Made by a program: the position numbers and the translations under genes. This document shows positions 16,472 to 25,976 of a stretch of DNA of 42,540 nt, piece by piece (the stretch's first letter is position 1; each line of letters opens with the position of its first letter). The notes under the pieces were generated by a model that searched no databases, was not told the DNA's origin, and saw only the letters and a program-made list of their open reading frames with translations. Source of the DNA: a virus (lineage: Duplodnaviria > Caudoviricetes); IMG/VR virus record IMGVR_UViG_3300031953_000040, positions 1-42,540 of that record; one strand, given 5' to 3'.

Positions 16472-17751
16472 CCTCGCGTCTCGCCCGCCTGGGCCGCATC
16501 ACCCGCAAACAAGCCCTGAGTATTGCCCGCGCCAACACCGAAATCTGCATCTGGCACGGCGCAGTCTCCAGCGGCAAAACCATCGGCTCCCTCATCAAAT
16601 TCCTGATGGTAATCCCCACCGCCCCATCGACCGGCGAAATCGTCATCATCGGACGCACCCGAGACACCGTCTACCGCAACATCATGAAAGCCATGCAAGA
16701 CCCCGAAATCTTCGGGCAGTTCGCCGAGCACGTCAAATACAACCGCGGCGCACCAACAGCCGAAATCTTCGGCCGCACAGTCCACATCCTCGGATCGAGT
16801 GACGTACGCGCCGAAGCAACCATCCGAGGCATGACAATCTGCCTCGCCTACCTCGACGAAGCGACCCTAGTATCCAAAGAATTCTTCTCCATGCTCCACA
16901 CCCGCCTACGCGTCAAAGGGTTCCTCTGCCAACTGTTCGTCACCACCAACCCCGACTCACCCCGGCACTGGCTGAAAACCGAATACATCGACCGTGCAAA
17001 AGAACTCGGCATCCGCGTCTTCCACTTCAAACTAGAGGACAACCGCGGCAACCTCAAAGACGGCTACATCGAAAACCTCGAACGCCAATACACCGGCCTG
17101 TGGCGACTCCGCTTCATCGACGGTGAATGGACCATGGCCGACGGCGTCATCTACTCCATGTTCGACCCCAAACGCCATGTCGTCGACAAACTCCCCACCA
17201 TCGTCCGCAAGTTCGCGATAGGCATAGACGACGGCGTCCAACACCCGGCAGCCGGAATCCTCCTCGGCCTCGGCGAAGACAACAAGCTATACGTCATCGC
17301 CGAATGGGCACCACCAAGCGGCACACCAGCGGACCGCTCCAAAAGTCTCCGCAAGTTCGTCCAAGAACACGGTGAACCGGACTACTACTTCGTCGACCCA
17401 TCCGCCGCAGCCCTGAAAATCCAGCTCAACCGCGACGGCTTCGGCAACGTCGCGAACGCAGCGAACAAACACAAACTCGGCATCGGCCTCGTCTCCTCCC
17501 TCCTCTCGGCGGGAGAGATGCTGATCTACGGACCCGACTGCCCCAACCTCCTCTCCGAGATCGGCGGCTACGTGTGGGACCCGAAAGCCGCTGAACGTGG
17601 CGATGACGAACCGATCAAACTGTTCGACGACTTCTGCGATGCCTGGCGGTACGCAGTCGCGACCGCACGCCCCATGTGGCAGCCGTATATGCCCCACATC
17701 CACGCAGCTACGACGTTGCCTGACGAACGAATCGAGGTGGCAGCAGCGTGA
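16468..17751 (+). CDS. terL: Terminase large subunit (PBSX-like)
   Basis: Walker A GAVSSGKT, Walker B LAYLDE, TTNPDSP, and nuclease GIDDG...DPS...DDFCDAWRY. Confidence 0.95.
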   Translation: MTSRLARLGRITRKQALSIARANTEICIWHGAVSSGKTIGSLIKFLMVIPTAPSTGEIVIIGRTRDTVYRNIMKAMQDPEIFGQFAEHVKYNRGAPTAEIFGRTVHILGSSDVRAEATIRGMTICLAYLDEATLVSKEFFSMLHTRLRVKGFLCQLFVTTNPDSPRHWLKTEYIDRAKELGIRVFHFKLEDNRGNLKDGYIENLERQYTGLWRLRFIDGEWTMADGVIYSMFDPKRHVVDKLPTIVRKFAIGIDDGVQHPAAGILLGLGEDNKLYVIAEWAPPSGTPADRSKSLRKFVQEHGEPDYYFVDPSAAALKIQLNRDGFGNVANAANKHKLGIGLVSSLLSAGEMLIYGPDCPNLLSEIGGYVWDPKAAERGDDEPIKLFDDFCDAWRYAVATARPMWQPYMPHIHAATTLPDERIEVAAA

Positions 17752-19415
17752 GCTTGTATGCGAATGGCGTCACTTGGCCGCCGCAAGACCTCACACAGGT
17801 CATGCGGCGCACCGCAGAATCACAAGTCTGGTGGGAAGGCGACACCGGCAAACTCAACGACTACTACCTCGGCCACAACACCCAAGCCACCCACGTCGGG
17901 GGCACAATCGCCGAACGCGCACGAGAAGCGATCAACGTGTTCTGGGGCCGCCCAACAACAGCATCCACCACACCCATGAAACGCCTGCACGTCCCACTCG
18001 GTGGTGTCATCCCGAAACTGTCCGCGACGGAACTATTCGGCGAACCCCTACGCGTCCTATCCCCGGACCTCGTGTCCACAGGGAAACGACCGACACCGAA
18101 AGCAGTGAAAGAAGATCCACTGCAAGTCCGCTCCGATCTCATCTTCAACACACCCCGCTTCCACGCTGAACTGTTCACAGCAGGGGAGTCCGCGTCAGCG
18201 TTGGGTGGCAACTTTCAGCGCGTCGTCTGGGATGTCTCCACCGGCATCGAGAACGCGTGGATCGACTTCGTCGACGAAGACCGCGCCATCCCCGAATACA
18301 AGTGGGGACGACTGGTCGCGGTCACATTCTGGTCAGAGCTCGAAGGGTCCGACGGGCGTGTCGTGTGGCGGTGGCTTCAACGCTACGAACCTGGCCGCAT
18401 CGTCCACGGCCTGTACTGCGGCACCGGCAACGACCTCGGCAGGGCGATGCCACTGACGGAGCATCCCGCGACCGCCAGTCTCGCAACACAAGTGCGAGCT
18501 GACACCGACGGCTACTCGTACGTCGAAACCGGCATCAAAGAACTCGCCGCCGAGTACGTCCCGAACGTTCTCCCGAACCCGGAGTGGCGGCATGACCCGA
18601 AACTCAAATACCGGGGCCGCGCCGACATCTCCACCGACGGCTACCCACTGCTCCACGAACTCGACCGGGTGTACTCATCGCTGATGAAGGACTTCCGTGT
18701 CGGTTCGGCCCGCGGTATCGCCTCCTCCGACCTTTTGCAGTCGAAGGGCGCAGGCCAAGGGTTGCAGCTTGCGGAAGATCAGGAGTTCTTCACATCACTG
18801 AACCCTGGCGTCGGCGCCGACGGCTCAATGGAATCGATGCTCCAGTTCTACCAGCCCGCGATCCGCGTCCTGGAGCACGATCAGGGCGGCGACATGCTGC
18901 TCCGAGCGTTGCTCCAAAAGACCGGCTACTCCCCATCGTCGATCGGCCTGTCCGACGAGGTCGCGCAGACAGCGACGGAAGTACGCGGTAAGAAGGCTCG
19001 CACCATCGGCACCACGTCGGGGAAGTCCCGGTACTGGGGTGCAGCGCTCGGCCATATCACCACCGCGTGCCTGCGTATCGACGCGATCAAGTTCCCCGGC
19101 AAAGGTGTCGCCCCGTCGGAGGAGATGGTCATCGAGTGGCCGAACTTTGCTCGCGAGTCGGACCTGACGAAGTCACAAACCCTCATGAATTTGCGTACAG
19201 CTCAAGCCGTTTCGACGCGCACAGCTGTCGCGTATTGGCATGAGGACTGGGACGACGACCAGATTCAGGAGGAGGTCGACGAGATCGACAAGGCGAATGT
19301 CATGGAACCTGCATTCCCCACCGGACCCGATCAGGCCCCGACGTCGGGTGACGGGGCAGTTCCGTTCGCGAAGAAACCCGAAACCAATCCGATAGACGCC
19401 CCGACCGAGGAGTGA
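17748..19415 (+). CDS. Portal protein (A118/SPP1-like)
   Basis: 555 aa directly after TerL; QTATEV motif; acidic C-terminus. Confidence 0.9.
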   Translation: MSLYANGVTWPPQDLTQVMRRTAESQVWWEGDTGKLNDYYLGHNTQATHVGGTIAERAREAINVFWGRPTTASTTPMKRLHVPLGGVIPKLSATELFGEPLRVLSPDLVSTGKRPTPKAVKEDPLQVRSDLIFNTPRFHAELFTAGESASALGGNFQRVVWDVSTGIENAWIDFVDEDRAIPEYKWGRLVAVTFWSELEGSDGRVVWRWLQRYEPGRIVHGLYCGTGNDLGRAMPLTEHPATASLATQVRADTDGYSYVETGIKELAAEYVPNVLPNPEWRHDPKLKYRGRADISTDGYPLLHELDRVYSSLMKDFRVGSARGIASSDLLQSKGAGQGLQLAEDQEFFTSLNPGVGADGSMESMLQFYQPAIRVLEHDQGGDMLLRALLQKTGYSPSSIGLSDEVAQTATEVRGKKARTIGTTSGKSRYWGAALGHITTACLRIDAIKFPGKGVAPSEEMVIEWPNFARESDLTKSQTLMNLRTAQAVSTRTAVAYWHEDWDDDQIQEEVDEIDKANVMEPAFPTGPDQAPTSGDGAVPFAKKPETNPIDAPTEE

Positions 19416-19419
19416 CCCT

Positions 19420-21921
19420 GTGTCGCTGAACCCCGAGAACGCCGAGAGCATCCCTCGCAAGCTGATCGGAATGTACAGCGCCACAGAACTGAAACTCCTC
19501 GGCATGATGGCTGACGCAGTCTCGAAAGGCATCGACACACCGGAGTGGGCCGCACAACAACCCGCCGAGATGCTCCGCTTCCGCAACCAAGCACAACAAC
19601 TCGCGAACGGTCTCACCGCGGCAGCACCTTCGGTCGTCGGAGAAGCCGTGCAGGCAGCAGCGAAGTTCGGTCGGGACGCTGTCGACGCCGACATCGACTT
19701 GGCCGGCCATCTCGCGGCGAAGTCGTGGAGACCGGCAGGATTGCAAGCGAACCTCACGGTCGGGAAAACACTCGAACAGCGGGCACTCGAAGACGGCGTC
19801 GGCGCACTCGCACGCGTCAACCAAGCCCTCCCCGGTGCCGCATCGAACCTGTACCAGCAGGTCACGACCCGCGTGAACGCAACACCCGTCTCCTCTGACC
19901 TGACGCGCAGGCAGGCAGTCCAGCAAGCATTGGACGTGCTGACTGCCCGCGGCATCACAGGATTCAAAGATAACGCTGGCCGCAACTGGTCACTTTCGAC
20001 GTATGTGGAGATGAAATCCCGGACGCTCGTCAACAACACCCTCCGTGAGTCGCACGAGCAGCAGGCGTTGGCGCGCGGGCACGACCTACTGGTGGTGTCG
20101 TCGCACGCGAACCCAGCCCCGGTGTGCCAACCCTACGAAGGGCAGGTGCTATCAATCGGCCAGAATGCGAAGGAAGGCAGCACCATTCGTCCCAACGCGA
20201 CGGGTGGCGATCCGGTCCGGGTGAAGGTGAAAGCGACCTTGTCCGATGCCCGGTCAAAGGGACTGTTTCATCCGAACTGTAAACACGCGACGTCGATCTA
20301 CCTGCCCGGAGCTTCGCGTACGTTCACGACCGAACCGAACGAGGACGGCTACAAGGCCACCCAGCAGCAACGTGCCATGGAGCGTGCGATTCGGGATACG
20401 AAACGCCGACAGGCTGTCGCGATTGAACCGAGCGTTAAGAAGCGGTTGAATGCTACGCTTCGCTCACAGCAGACGGCTCTGAAACAGCACGTCGAAGCGA
20501 ATGATCTGAAGCGTCGTAGTCTCCGTGAACGCCCCGACCTCGGGTACAGGATCAACCCACCGGACGCACTCGATTCGGTCACCGATGTTCCGACGACGCC
20601 GAAGCCGACAGCAGAACCCAAGCGAGCTGTCGCGGTCGACTCCTACAAGGCGAACGCGTCGACGACGAAGAAACTTCAAGCCGAACTCGCTGGCCTCGAC
20701 GACGGCGGGAATGGCGACCTCCGACGGATCATCAAAACCAACCCGCAAGGCACCAACTACCTCGTCGCCCGCGACAACACGGGTGCCCCCATCGGGGCGA
20801 TGCAGTACACGCCACAGAAACGTTCAGCTGGCTCGCCCCGCGAAGTGAACATCCACCAACTTCGATCCACAACCAAGGGTGTCGGCTCCGGCCGCGCATT
20901 GATCACCGAAGCCGCACGCATCGCACGTGACCTGGACAAGACCGGCAAGGACGGCTACGAACTGAAGGTGTACGGCGTGATCGATACTGCTACAACCTTC
21001 TACGAGTCGACCGGCGCTGTCGTAGACAAAGCCACCAAGATCGGCCACTGGGACCGCAACGCCATCGATCGACTTCTCGATCCCGTGGCAGCGCCTACGC
21101 CGGACGTTGAAGGATGGCTGGCAGCGGAGAAGAAGTTCGTCGATGGGCAGTTAGCGGACACGAAAGCATGGCTTGCTGCCGAGTCGAAATACAAGTCCAC
21201 CGTCACCGAATGGTTGAAAGCTGAGCAGACGTACCGCCGATCTGGTCCAGCACGGACCCTCACCGAAGACGAGGGCCGCGACTACGGCAGCAACGTTTGG
21301 TTCGACTACGCCGACACACTGTCCGACTCAGAACGGTCCGCGGTGCGCTTCTACACCGGCAACGGCTACGAGGACATCAACGAACCACTCCGGGACCTCA
21401 CACTGCCCGTCGATACGAAGCTCGGCAACAAGATCGCACTCATCGATGCAGCGATCGAGTCTGCACCGCGAGTACCGGAGAAGATCATCGTCGGTCGGAC
21501 TATCGCCGAGAAAGTCTTCGGGATCACTGCGCGCGACGGGTACACACTCGAAGCGAGCAATTGGCAGGCTCGGCTGGATCAGGCTGTTGCGTTGATCGGA
21601 AAGCCACTCCGTGACGATGGGTTCATGTCGACGGCATTGCAGTCCGAAGAGTTCCGCATCGAATACCACGAAGCGAAACTCCTCATCGAAGTGCCAGAGG
21701 GAACCAAGGGTCTCTACGTGTCATCCCACCCGAACATCGGCACGTCACCTGACCCGCGTGCACTAGCAAGCTACGGTCCGGAAGAGAACGAGCTGCTACT
21801 TAGCCGCGGCGTAGAGTACGAGTTCGTCGACGCCGATATGAACCCAAGCAACGGCGACCTCACGATCACGATGCGTATTACCGGGCAGTCACCGAAGAAG
21901 GTCGAGGTAACCGATGGGTAG
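19420..21921 (+). CDS. MuF-type minor capsid protein with C-terminal GNAT-like and ADP-ribosyltransferase domains
   Basis: Minor-capsid core (GITGFKDNAGRNWSLSTYVEM, CQPYEG, HPNCKH); GNAT motifs KGVGSGRALI and ATTFYESTG; ART motifs YTGNGYEDIN, VGR, GFMSTA, EENELLL. Confidence 0.85.
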   Translation: MSLNPENAESIPRKLIGMYSATELKLLGMMADAVSKGIDTPEWAAQQPAEMLRFRNQAQQLANGLTAAAPSVVGEAVQAAAKFGRDAVDADIDLAGHLAAKSWRPAGLQANLTVGKTLEQRALEDGVGALARVNQALPGAASNLYQQVTTRVNATPVSSDLTRRQAVQQALDVLTARGITGFKDNAGRNWSLSTYVEMKSRTLVNNTLRESHEQQALARGHDLLVVSSHANPAPVCQPYEGQVLSIGQNAKEGSTIRPNATGGDPVRVKVKATLSDARSKGLFHPNCKHATSIYLPGASRTFTTEPNEDGYKATQQQRAMERAIRDTKRRQAVAIEPSVKKRLNATLRSQQTALKQHVEANDLKRRSLRERPDLGYRINPPDALDSVTDVPTTPKPTAEPKRAVAVDSYKANASTTKKLQAELAGLDDGGNGDLRRIIKTNPQGTNYLVARDNTGAPIGAMQYTPQKRSAGSPREVNIHQLRSTTKGVGSGRALITEAARIARDLDKTGKDGYELKVYGVIDTATTFYESTGAVVDKATKIGHWDRNAIDRLLDPVAAPTPDVEGWLAAEKKFVDGQLADTKAWLAAESKYKSTVTEWLKAEQTYRRSGPARTLTEDEGRDYGSNVWFDYADTLSDSERSAVRFYTGNGYEDINEPLRDLTLPVDTKLGNKIALIDAAIESAPRVPEKIIVGRTIAEKVFGITARDGYTLEASNWQARLDQAVALIGKPLRDDGFMSTALQSEEFRIEYHEAKLLIEVPEGTKGLYVSSHPNIGTSPDPRALASYGPEENELLLSRGVEYEFVDADMNPSNGDLTITMRITGQSPKKVEVTDG

Positions 21922-22228
21922 CCTCGATGACTCTTCTGACTTCGGCGCCGAAGACACATCGAACCAAACGTACTTCGGTTCGACTGCGGTGGGTCCTGGT
22001 CGTTGGATTCGCATCGACGGTATCGGCGTCCTCTGGACAGATGATGCTGATGCGCTGCAACTCGCGAAGATCCCCGACGCTGATCGTGATCGAGCGAACG
22101 CGGTACGCAAGGGCCTGCACAGGCTCGCCGCTGAACAGATCACTGCGAGCACCGCATTCGACAATCTAGCCGTGCAGTACGGGCAAATACCCGTGGCCGG
22201 TGACCTGTCGACGTTGCCCCGCACGTAA
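21914..22228 (+). CDS. Putative immunity protein for the capsid-borne toxin
   Basis: 104-aa acidic ORF overlapping the toxin stop; GAGG RBS; lies between the minor capsid and scaffold genes. Confidence 0.6.
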   Translation: MGSLDDSSDFGAEDTSNQTYFGSTAVGPGRWIRIDGIGVLWTDDADALQLAKIPDADRDRANAVRKGLHRLAAEQITASTAFDNLAVQYGQIPVAGDLSTLPRT

Positions 22229-22232
22229 CACG

Positions 22233-22389
22233 CTTCTGCCCGCATGGGCGAAGAACAATCCGCTCCACCTTGTTAGCCCCCTGCCGCATGGCATCCGGGG
22301 GCCAATGCCGCATGGCAGAAAAGAGTCACCTGATGCGCAACACCCTCGTCCGCTCCGCACTGATCCGTGGTACCGCACCGACCGCATGG
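22233..22389 (+). promoter_or_regulatory. Four CC-GCAT-GG hairpins around the scaffold start
   Basis: Cores at 22238-22249, 22282-22293, 22306-22317 and 22382-22389. Confidence 0.55.
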
Positions 22390-22971
22390 AACGTGCAACC
22401 CCTCCAGCAGAACTTCGCCGAAGCCGAAGGTGGTGAAGCCTCCGAGACGACCGAACAGGAAGCCGGAGAGACCAGCACCGAGAAGCCCGAGGAGACCTCG
22501 AAAGAGGAAACCAAGGAACCAGCCGATATCGACTGGAAGGCGATGGCACGCAAGCACGAAGCCGAGAACAAGAAGCTTCGCCCCGCCGCCGCCGAGCTGG
22601 AGAAGATCAAGGAGAGGAATCGCAGCGCTGAGGAGAAGGCGCAGAAGGAACGCGACGACGCCCGCGCTGAAGCCGCCGAAGCGAAAGCCGAAGCCTCACG
22701 CGAAAAGGCAGCCCGCAAATACGGACTCTCCGACGAAGACCTCGAATTCCTCGACGGCGTCCCCGCCGACAAGTTCGACGCCCGCGCGAAAGCACTCTCC
22801 GAGCGCCTCAAAAAGGCTGGCACCTCCACAGCAGGAACCAGCGGCGGCGAAGTCACCGGAGCGAAATCACAGCTGCCACTGCAAGACCAGATTGCGGCCG
22901 CGCAGAAAGCCCGCGACTTCCCCCTCGTCGTAGCACTCAAAGAGAAACTCCACCACCAGACCACCAAATAG
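22333..22971 (+). CDS. Capsid scaffolding protein
   Basis: Acidic linker, DWKAMARKHE, coiled coil; upstream of MCP; start uncertain. Confidence 0.85.
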   Translation: MRNTLVRSALIRGTAPTAWNVQPLQQNFAEAEGGEASETTEQEAGETSTEKPEETSKEETKEPADIDWKAMARKHEAENKKLRPAAAELEKIKERNRSAEEKAQKERDDARAEAAEAKAEASREKAARKYGLSDEDLEFLDGVPADKFDARAKALSERLKKAGTSTAGTSGGEVTGAKSQLPLQDQIAAAQKARDFPLVVALKEKLHHQTTK

Positions 22972-22989
22972 CCTTCAGGAGGCACCCTC

Positions 22990-24201
22990 ATGGCCGGTAT
23001 CACCGCCCTCGGAACGACATTCAACCTGCCGAACTTCCACGGCGAACTCTTGCAGATCACCCCCGACGACACCCCGCTCCTCTCAGCGGCAGGCGGACTG
23101 AACGGCGGCAAGCAGGCCACGAGCACCAGCTTCGAATGGCAGGAATTCGACCTCCGCGAGCCACAGGTACGGCCCCGCTTGGAAGGCCAGGACGCACCCA
23201 ACCCCGAGGCACGCGTCCGAGCGAACAAGGACAACATCGTCCAGATCTTCCACGAGGCCGTCGCGACCAGCTACACCAAGCAGGCCGCCGTCGACCTCTA
23301 CGCGAGCGCAGGCCAGGGCGCGTCTAACCCGGTCACCAACGAGCATGCGTGGCAGATCACGCAGACCCTCAAGCAGATCGCCCGCGACGTGAACTACACG
23401 TTCTGGCACGGCAAGTACAACAAGCCTGCCGACAACACCACGGCACGGCAGACCCGCGGCCTGTTCGAGGCAATCACCTCGTCGAAGCAGTACGCCGAGC
23501 AGGCGGAGACCACCGGAGCGTCGACAGCGACGGACACGGTCACCGCGACGCACAGTCTCGTTGTCGGCGACAAGGTTGTATTCACCAACGTGGGTGCCGC
23601 AACGGCTATCGTTCCCGGCCGCGCGTACTGGGTGGTGCAGAACTCGACGACCGCCAGCTTCAAGGTGTCCGCGGTCAAGGGCGGTGCACCGATCACCATC
23701 GGTACTGCAACGGGTGTCGCGTTCGTCGGCGTCAAGGCCGCTGAGGGAGTCGCGAACGTCACCTCCGACCGCATCAATGGTCTTCTTCAGTCGGTATTCA
23801 CCAACGGTGGCATCTCCGAGCAGGGCACTGCGACCCTGTACGTGCCCCCGAATCTGAAGCCTGCTGTGACTGCGGCCTACGCCAAGGCCAACAACTCCAC
23901 GGTTGGTGTGCTCAATGGCACCCGCAATGTGGGTGGTGTCTCCGTCGATACGATCATCACTGACTTCGGCACCCTCAACGTCGCCATCGAGCGTGCGCTT
24001 CCCGCGGACGCACTCGCGGTGCTGTCGCTGGAGCAGATCGATCCCGTCTTCCTGTCGATCCCCGGCAAGGGTGTCCTGTTCGAGGAGGAGCTCGCGAAGA
24101 CCGGGTCATCGGATAAGACGCAGGTGTACGGCGAGATCGGTCTGTCGTACGGCAACGAGCGTTCGCATGGCATCGCTCGTGGTTTCTACTCCGCGAACTA
24201 G
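22990..24201 (+). CDS. Major capsid protein with an inserted beta-domain
   Basis: AGGAGG RBS; TPLLS, FEWQ, RQTRGL, TDFG and GEIGLSYG motifs; follows the scaffold. Confidence 0.9.
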   Translation: MAGITALGTTFNLPNFHGELLQITPDDTPLLSAAGGLNGGKQATSTSFEWQEFDLREPQVRPRLEGQDAPNPEARVRANKDNIVQIFHEAVATSYTKQAAVDLYASAGQGASNPVTNEHAWQITQTLKQIARDVNYTFWHGKYNKPADNTTARQTRGLFEAITSSKQYAEQAETTGASTATDTVTATHSLVVGDKVVFTNVGAATAIVPGRAYWVVQNSTTASFKVSAVKGGAPITIGTATGVAFVGVKAAEGVANVTSDRINGLLQSVFTNGGISEQGTATLYVPPNLKPAVTAAYAKANNSTVGVLNGTRNVGGVSVDTIITDFGTLNVAIERALPADALAVLSLEQIDPVFLSIPGKGVLFEEELAKTGSSDKTQVYGEIGLSYGNERSHGIARGFYSAN

Positions 24202-24214
24202 CTCCATCTGATTG

Positions 24215-24414
24215 CCCACCCCCTACGTCTCCCTTTATCGAGGCGTAGGGCTGGTGGGACCAATGCTTGGTGGTGGTGCGTCCCTACGTGCCCCGGCAAA
24301 GTTCATTTGACCGTGCGTTATGGCGGGCTGCCCGACTTGGCATCTGTATGTCGGCGGGGGCGGTTCATGCCGGGTTCCTTTCACGTCCTTACGCCCGTCC
24401 AGCGCACCACCACC
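24215..24414 (+). ncRNA. Structured intergenic RNA after the MCP gene
   Basis: Hairpin 24215-24258; 12-bp long-range pair 24269-24280/24403-24414 enclosing nested stems. Confidence 0.45.
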
Positions 24415-24435
24415 CACACCCCTACGGAGGCACGC

Positions 24436-24849
24436 GTGCTCGTCTACGCCGACACCGCAGACTACGAGTCCTACACCAAGAACACTGCCCCCGACAACGC
24501 TCACTCTCTCCTACGTGAGGCATCGATCCTCGTCACCAACGCAACACGCGGCGATGTGTACGAAGTGCAGGCGAACGGCCTACCGGCCGACGACGACAAG
24601 CTTGATGCGCTTCGGAATGCGACATGCTCGCAGGCTGAATCGTGGTCGACGGCAGGGCTTGATCCCGTAAGAGGACCGGGCGGGCAGGATCAACGCCTCA
24701 CGACCTCGGCAATCGACGGTGCATCACTGTCCTTCGACACCCACTTGACCGCGCCTCAGATCGTGATCGCGCTGAAGTCCCTGTCGGATAGTGCACTTCG
24801 CATTCTCCGCAACGCAGGTCTCGCCTCCGCTGCTGTGGGGTCGTCGTGA
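24436..24849 (+). CDS. Head-to-tail adaptor
   Basis: GGAGG RBS; LRNATCSQAESW...ILRNAGL; position. Confidence 0.75.
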   Translation: MLVYADTADYESYTKNTAPDNAHSLLREASILVTNATRGDVYEVQANGLPADDDKLDALRNATCSQAESWSTAGLDPVRGPGGQDQRLTTSAIDGASLSFDTHLTAPQIVIALKSLSDSALRILRNAGLASAAVGSS

Positions 24850-25175
24850 GTGATCCGCTGGCGATCTGGTGGAAGTGGCCGGTCACGGTGCGACGGTTCG
24901 CGGGTGATGGCTCCAACGGACCTGTATTCGACACGGCTGTAACGCATCTTGCGAAGATCACGCAGAAACGCAAACTGGTCCGCAACAGTGCCGGCACCGA
25001 GGTCGTCTCCGAAGCGCGCGTCAGCCTCCCAGCGTTGACTCCATTGATTCCAGTCGGCAGCCTTGTCACCTTCCCGGCTGAGTTCGGTGGACGTGAAGCC
25101 GAAGTGTTGGCCGAACAACTTCATCATTCCGGGATGGCTGAGACCCCCAACTTCTACAGCATCGACCTCACCTAA
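24846..25175 (+). CDS. Head-to-tail stopper
   Basis: KLVRNSAGTEVVSEA motif; position. Confidence 0.7.
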   Translation: MSDPLAIWWKWPVTVRRFAGDGSNGPVFDTAVTHLAKITQKRKLVRNSAGTEVVSEARVSLPALTPLIPVGSLVTFPAEFGGREAEVLAEQLHHSGMAETPNFYSIDLT

Positions 25176-25185
25176 GGGGGCTGAC

Positions 25186-25506
25186 GTGGCGATTGACTTC
25201 GAAGCTATCGCGCAGCGTGTCATCGTAGCCGCCGAAGATGGCGCGAAGGACGCAGCCGACGTCATCAAACAGGACGCGATCGAACGCGCCCCCGCCGAAA
25301 CCGGTGAACTCCGCAACTCCTGCCAAGTCGACGCCGACGGCCTCGAAGCGACGATCTACTTCGACACCCCCTACGCGATAGCCCAGCACGAAGAAATCGA
25401 CTGGAACCACGAGATCGGTGAAGCGAAGTACCTCGAAAACGCTGCAATCGCTAAGCGAGAAGTAGCCGGAGCTGTCATCGCCGAAGCAATCAGGCAAGCC
25501 CTGTGA
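25186..25506 (+). CDS. HK97 gp10-like neck protein
   Basis: APAETGELRNS, TPYAIAQHE, AKYLE. Confidence 0.8.
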   Translation: MAIDFEAIAQRVIVAAEDGAKDAADVIKQDAIERAPAETGELRNSCQVDADGLEATIYFDTPYAIAQHEEIDWNHEIGEAKYLENAAIAKREVAGAVIAEAIRQAL

Positions 25507-25964
25507 CAACACCACGACCACCCGCCACAGGCCCGTTCCTCCGCGACCTCGCCGCGCACCTCGTCAACCTCGACCTGGTCCGCTGGAACCCCAACGGCGC
25601 CGCATACACCGGCCCGACGACACTGCCCGCCCTCTTCTTCGAGACTCTGCCACCGCAGCCGGATCATGCGATCTCACTCGCCTCGTACAACGACGACCGA
25701 TCACGTGACCGCGACAGTCCCGACTTCTACATTCAACTCCGCGGGCGCGCACCGGGTCGTGACCCACTCGCCACGCACGCCCTGATGGACCGCATCTTCG
25801 AAGCACTCGACGACGAAGAGAAACCCCCCAACTCCTCCCACATCCTGTGGGGGACAACAAAGGTACTGCTCTGCCTACGCCACATCCGCGGACCTCTACT
25901 CACGGACGGCAACAACCGGTTCAGCAGACCTGACAGTTACACCATCACCGTCAACCCCTCATAG
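25503..25964 (+). CDS. Tail terminator
   Basis: LPPQPDHAI...IQLRGR...DGNNR; directly before the major tail protein. Confidence 0.7.
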   Translation: MTTPRPPATGPFLRDLAAHLVNLDLVRWNPNGAAYTGPTTLPALFFETLPPQPDHAISLASYNDDRSRDRDSPDFYIQLRGRAPGRDPLATHALMDRIFEALDDEEKPPNSSHILWGTTKVLLCLRHIRGPLLTDGNNRFSRPDSYTITVNPS

Positions 25965-25976
25965 GAGACACACACC

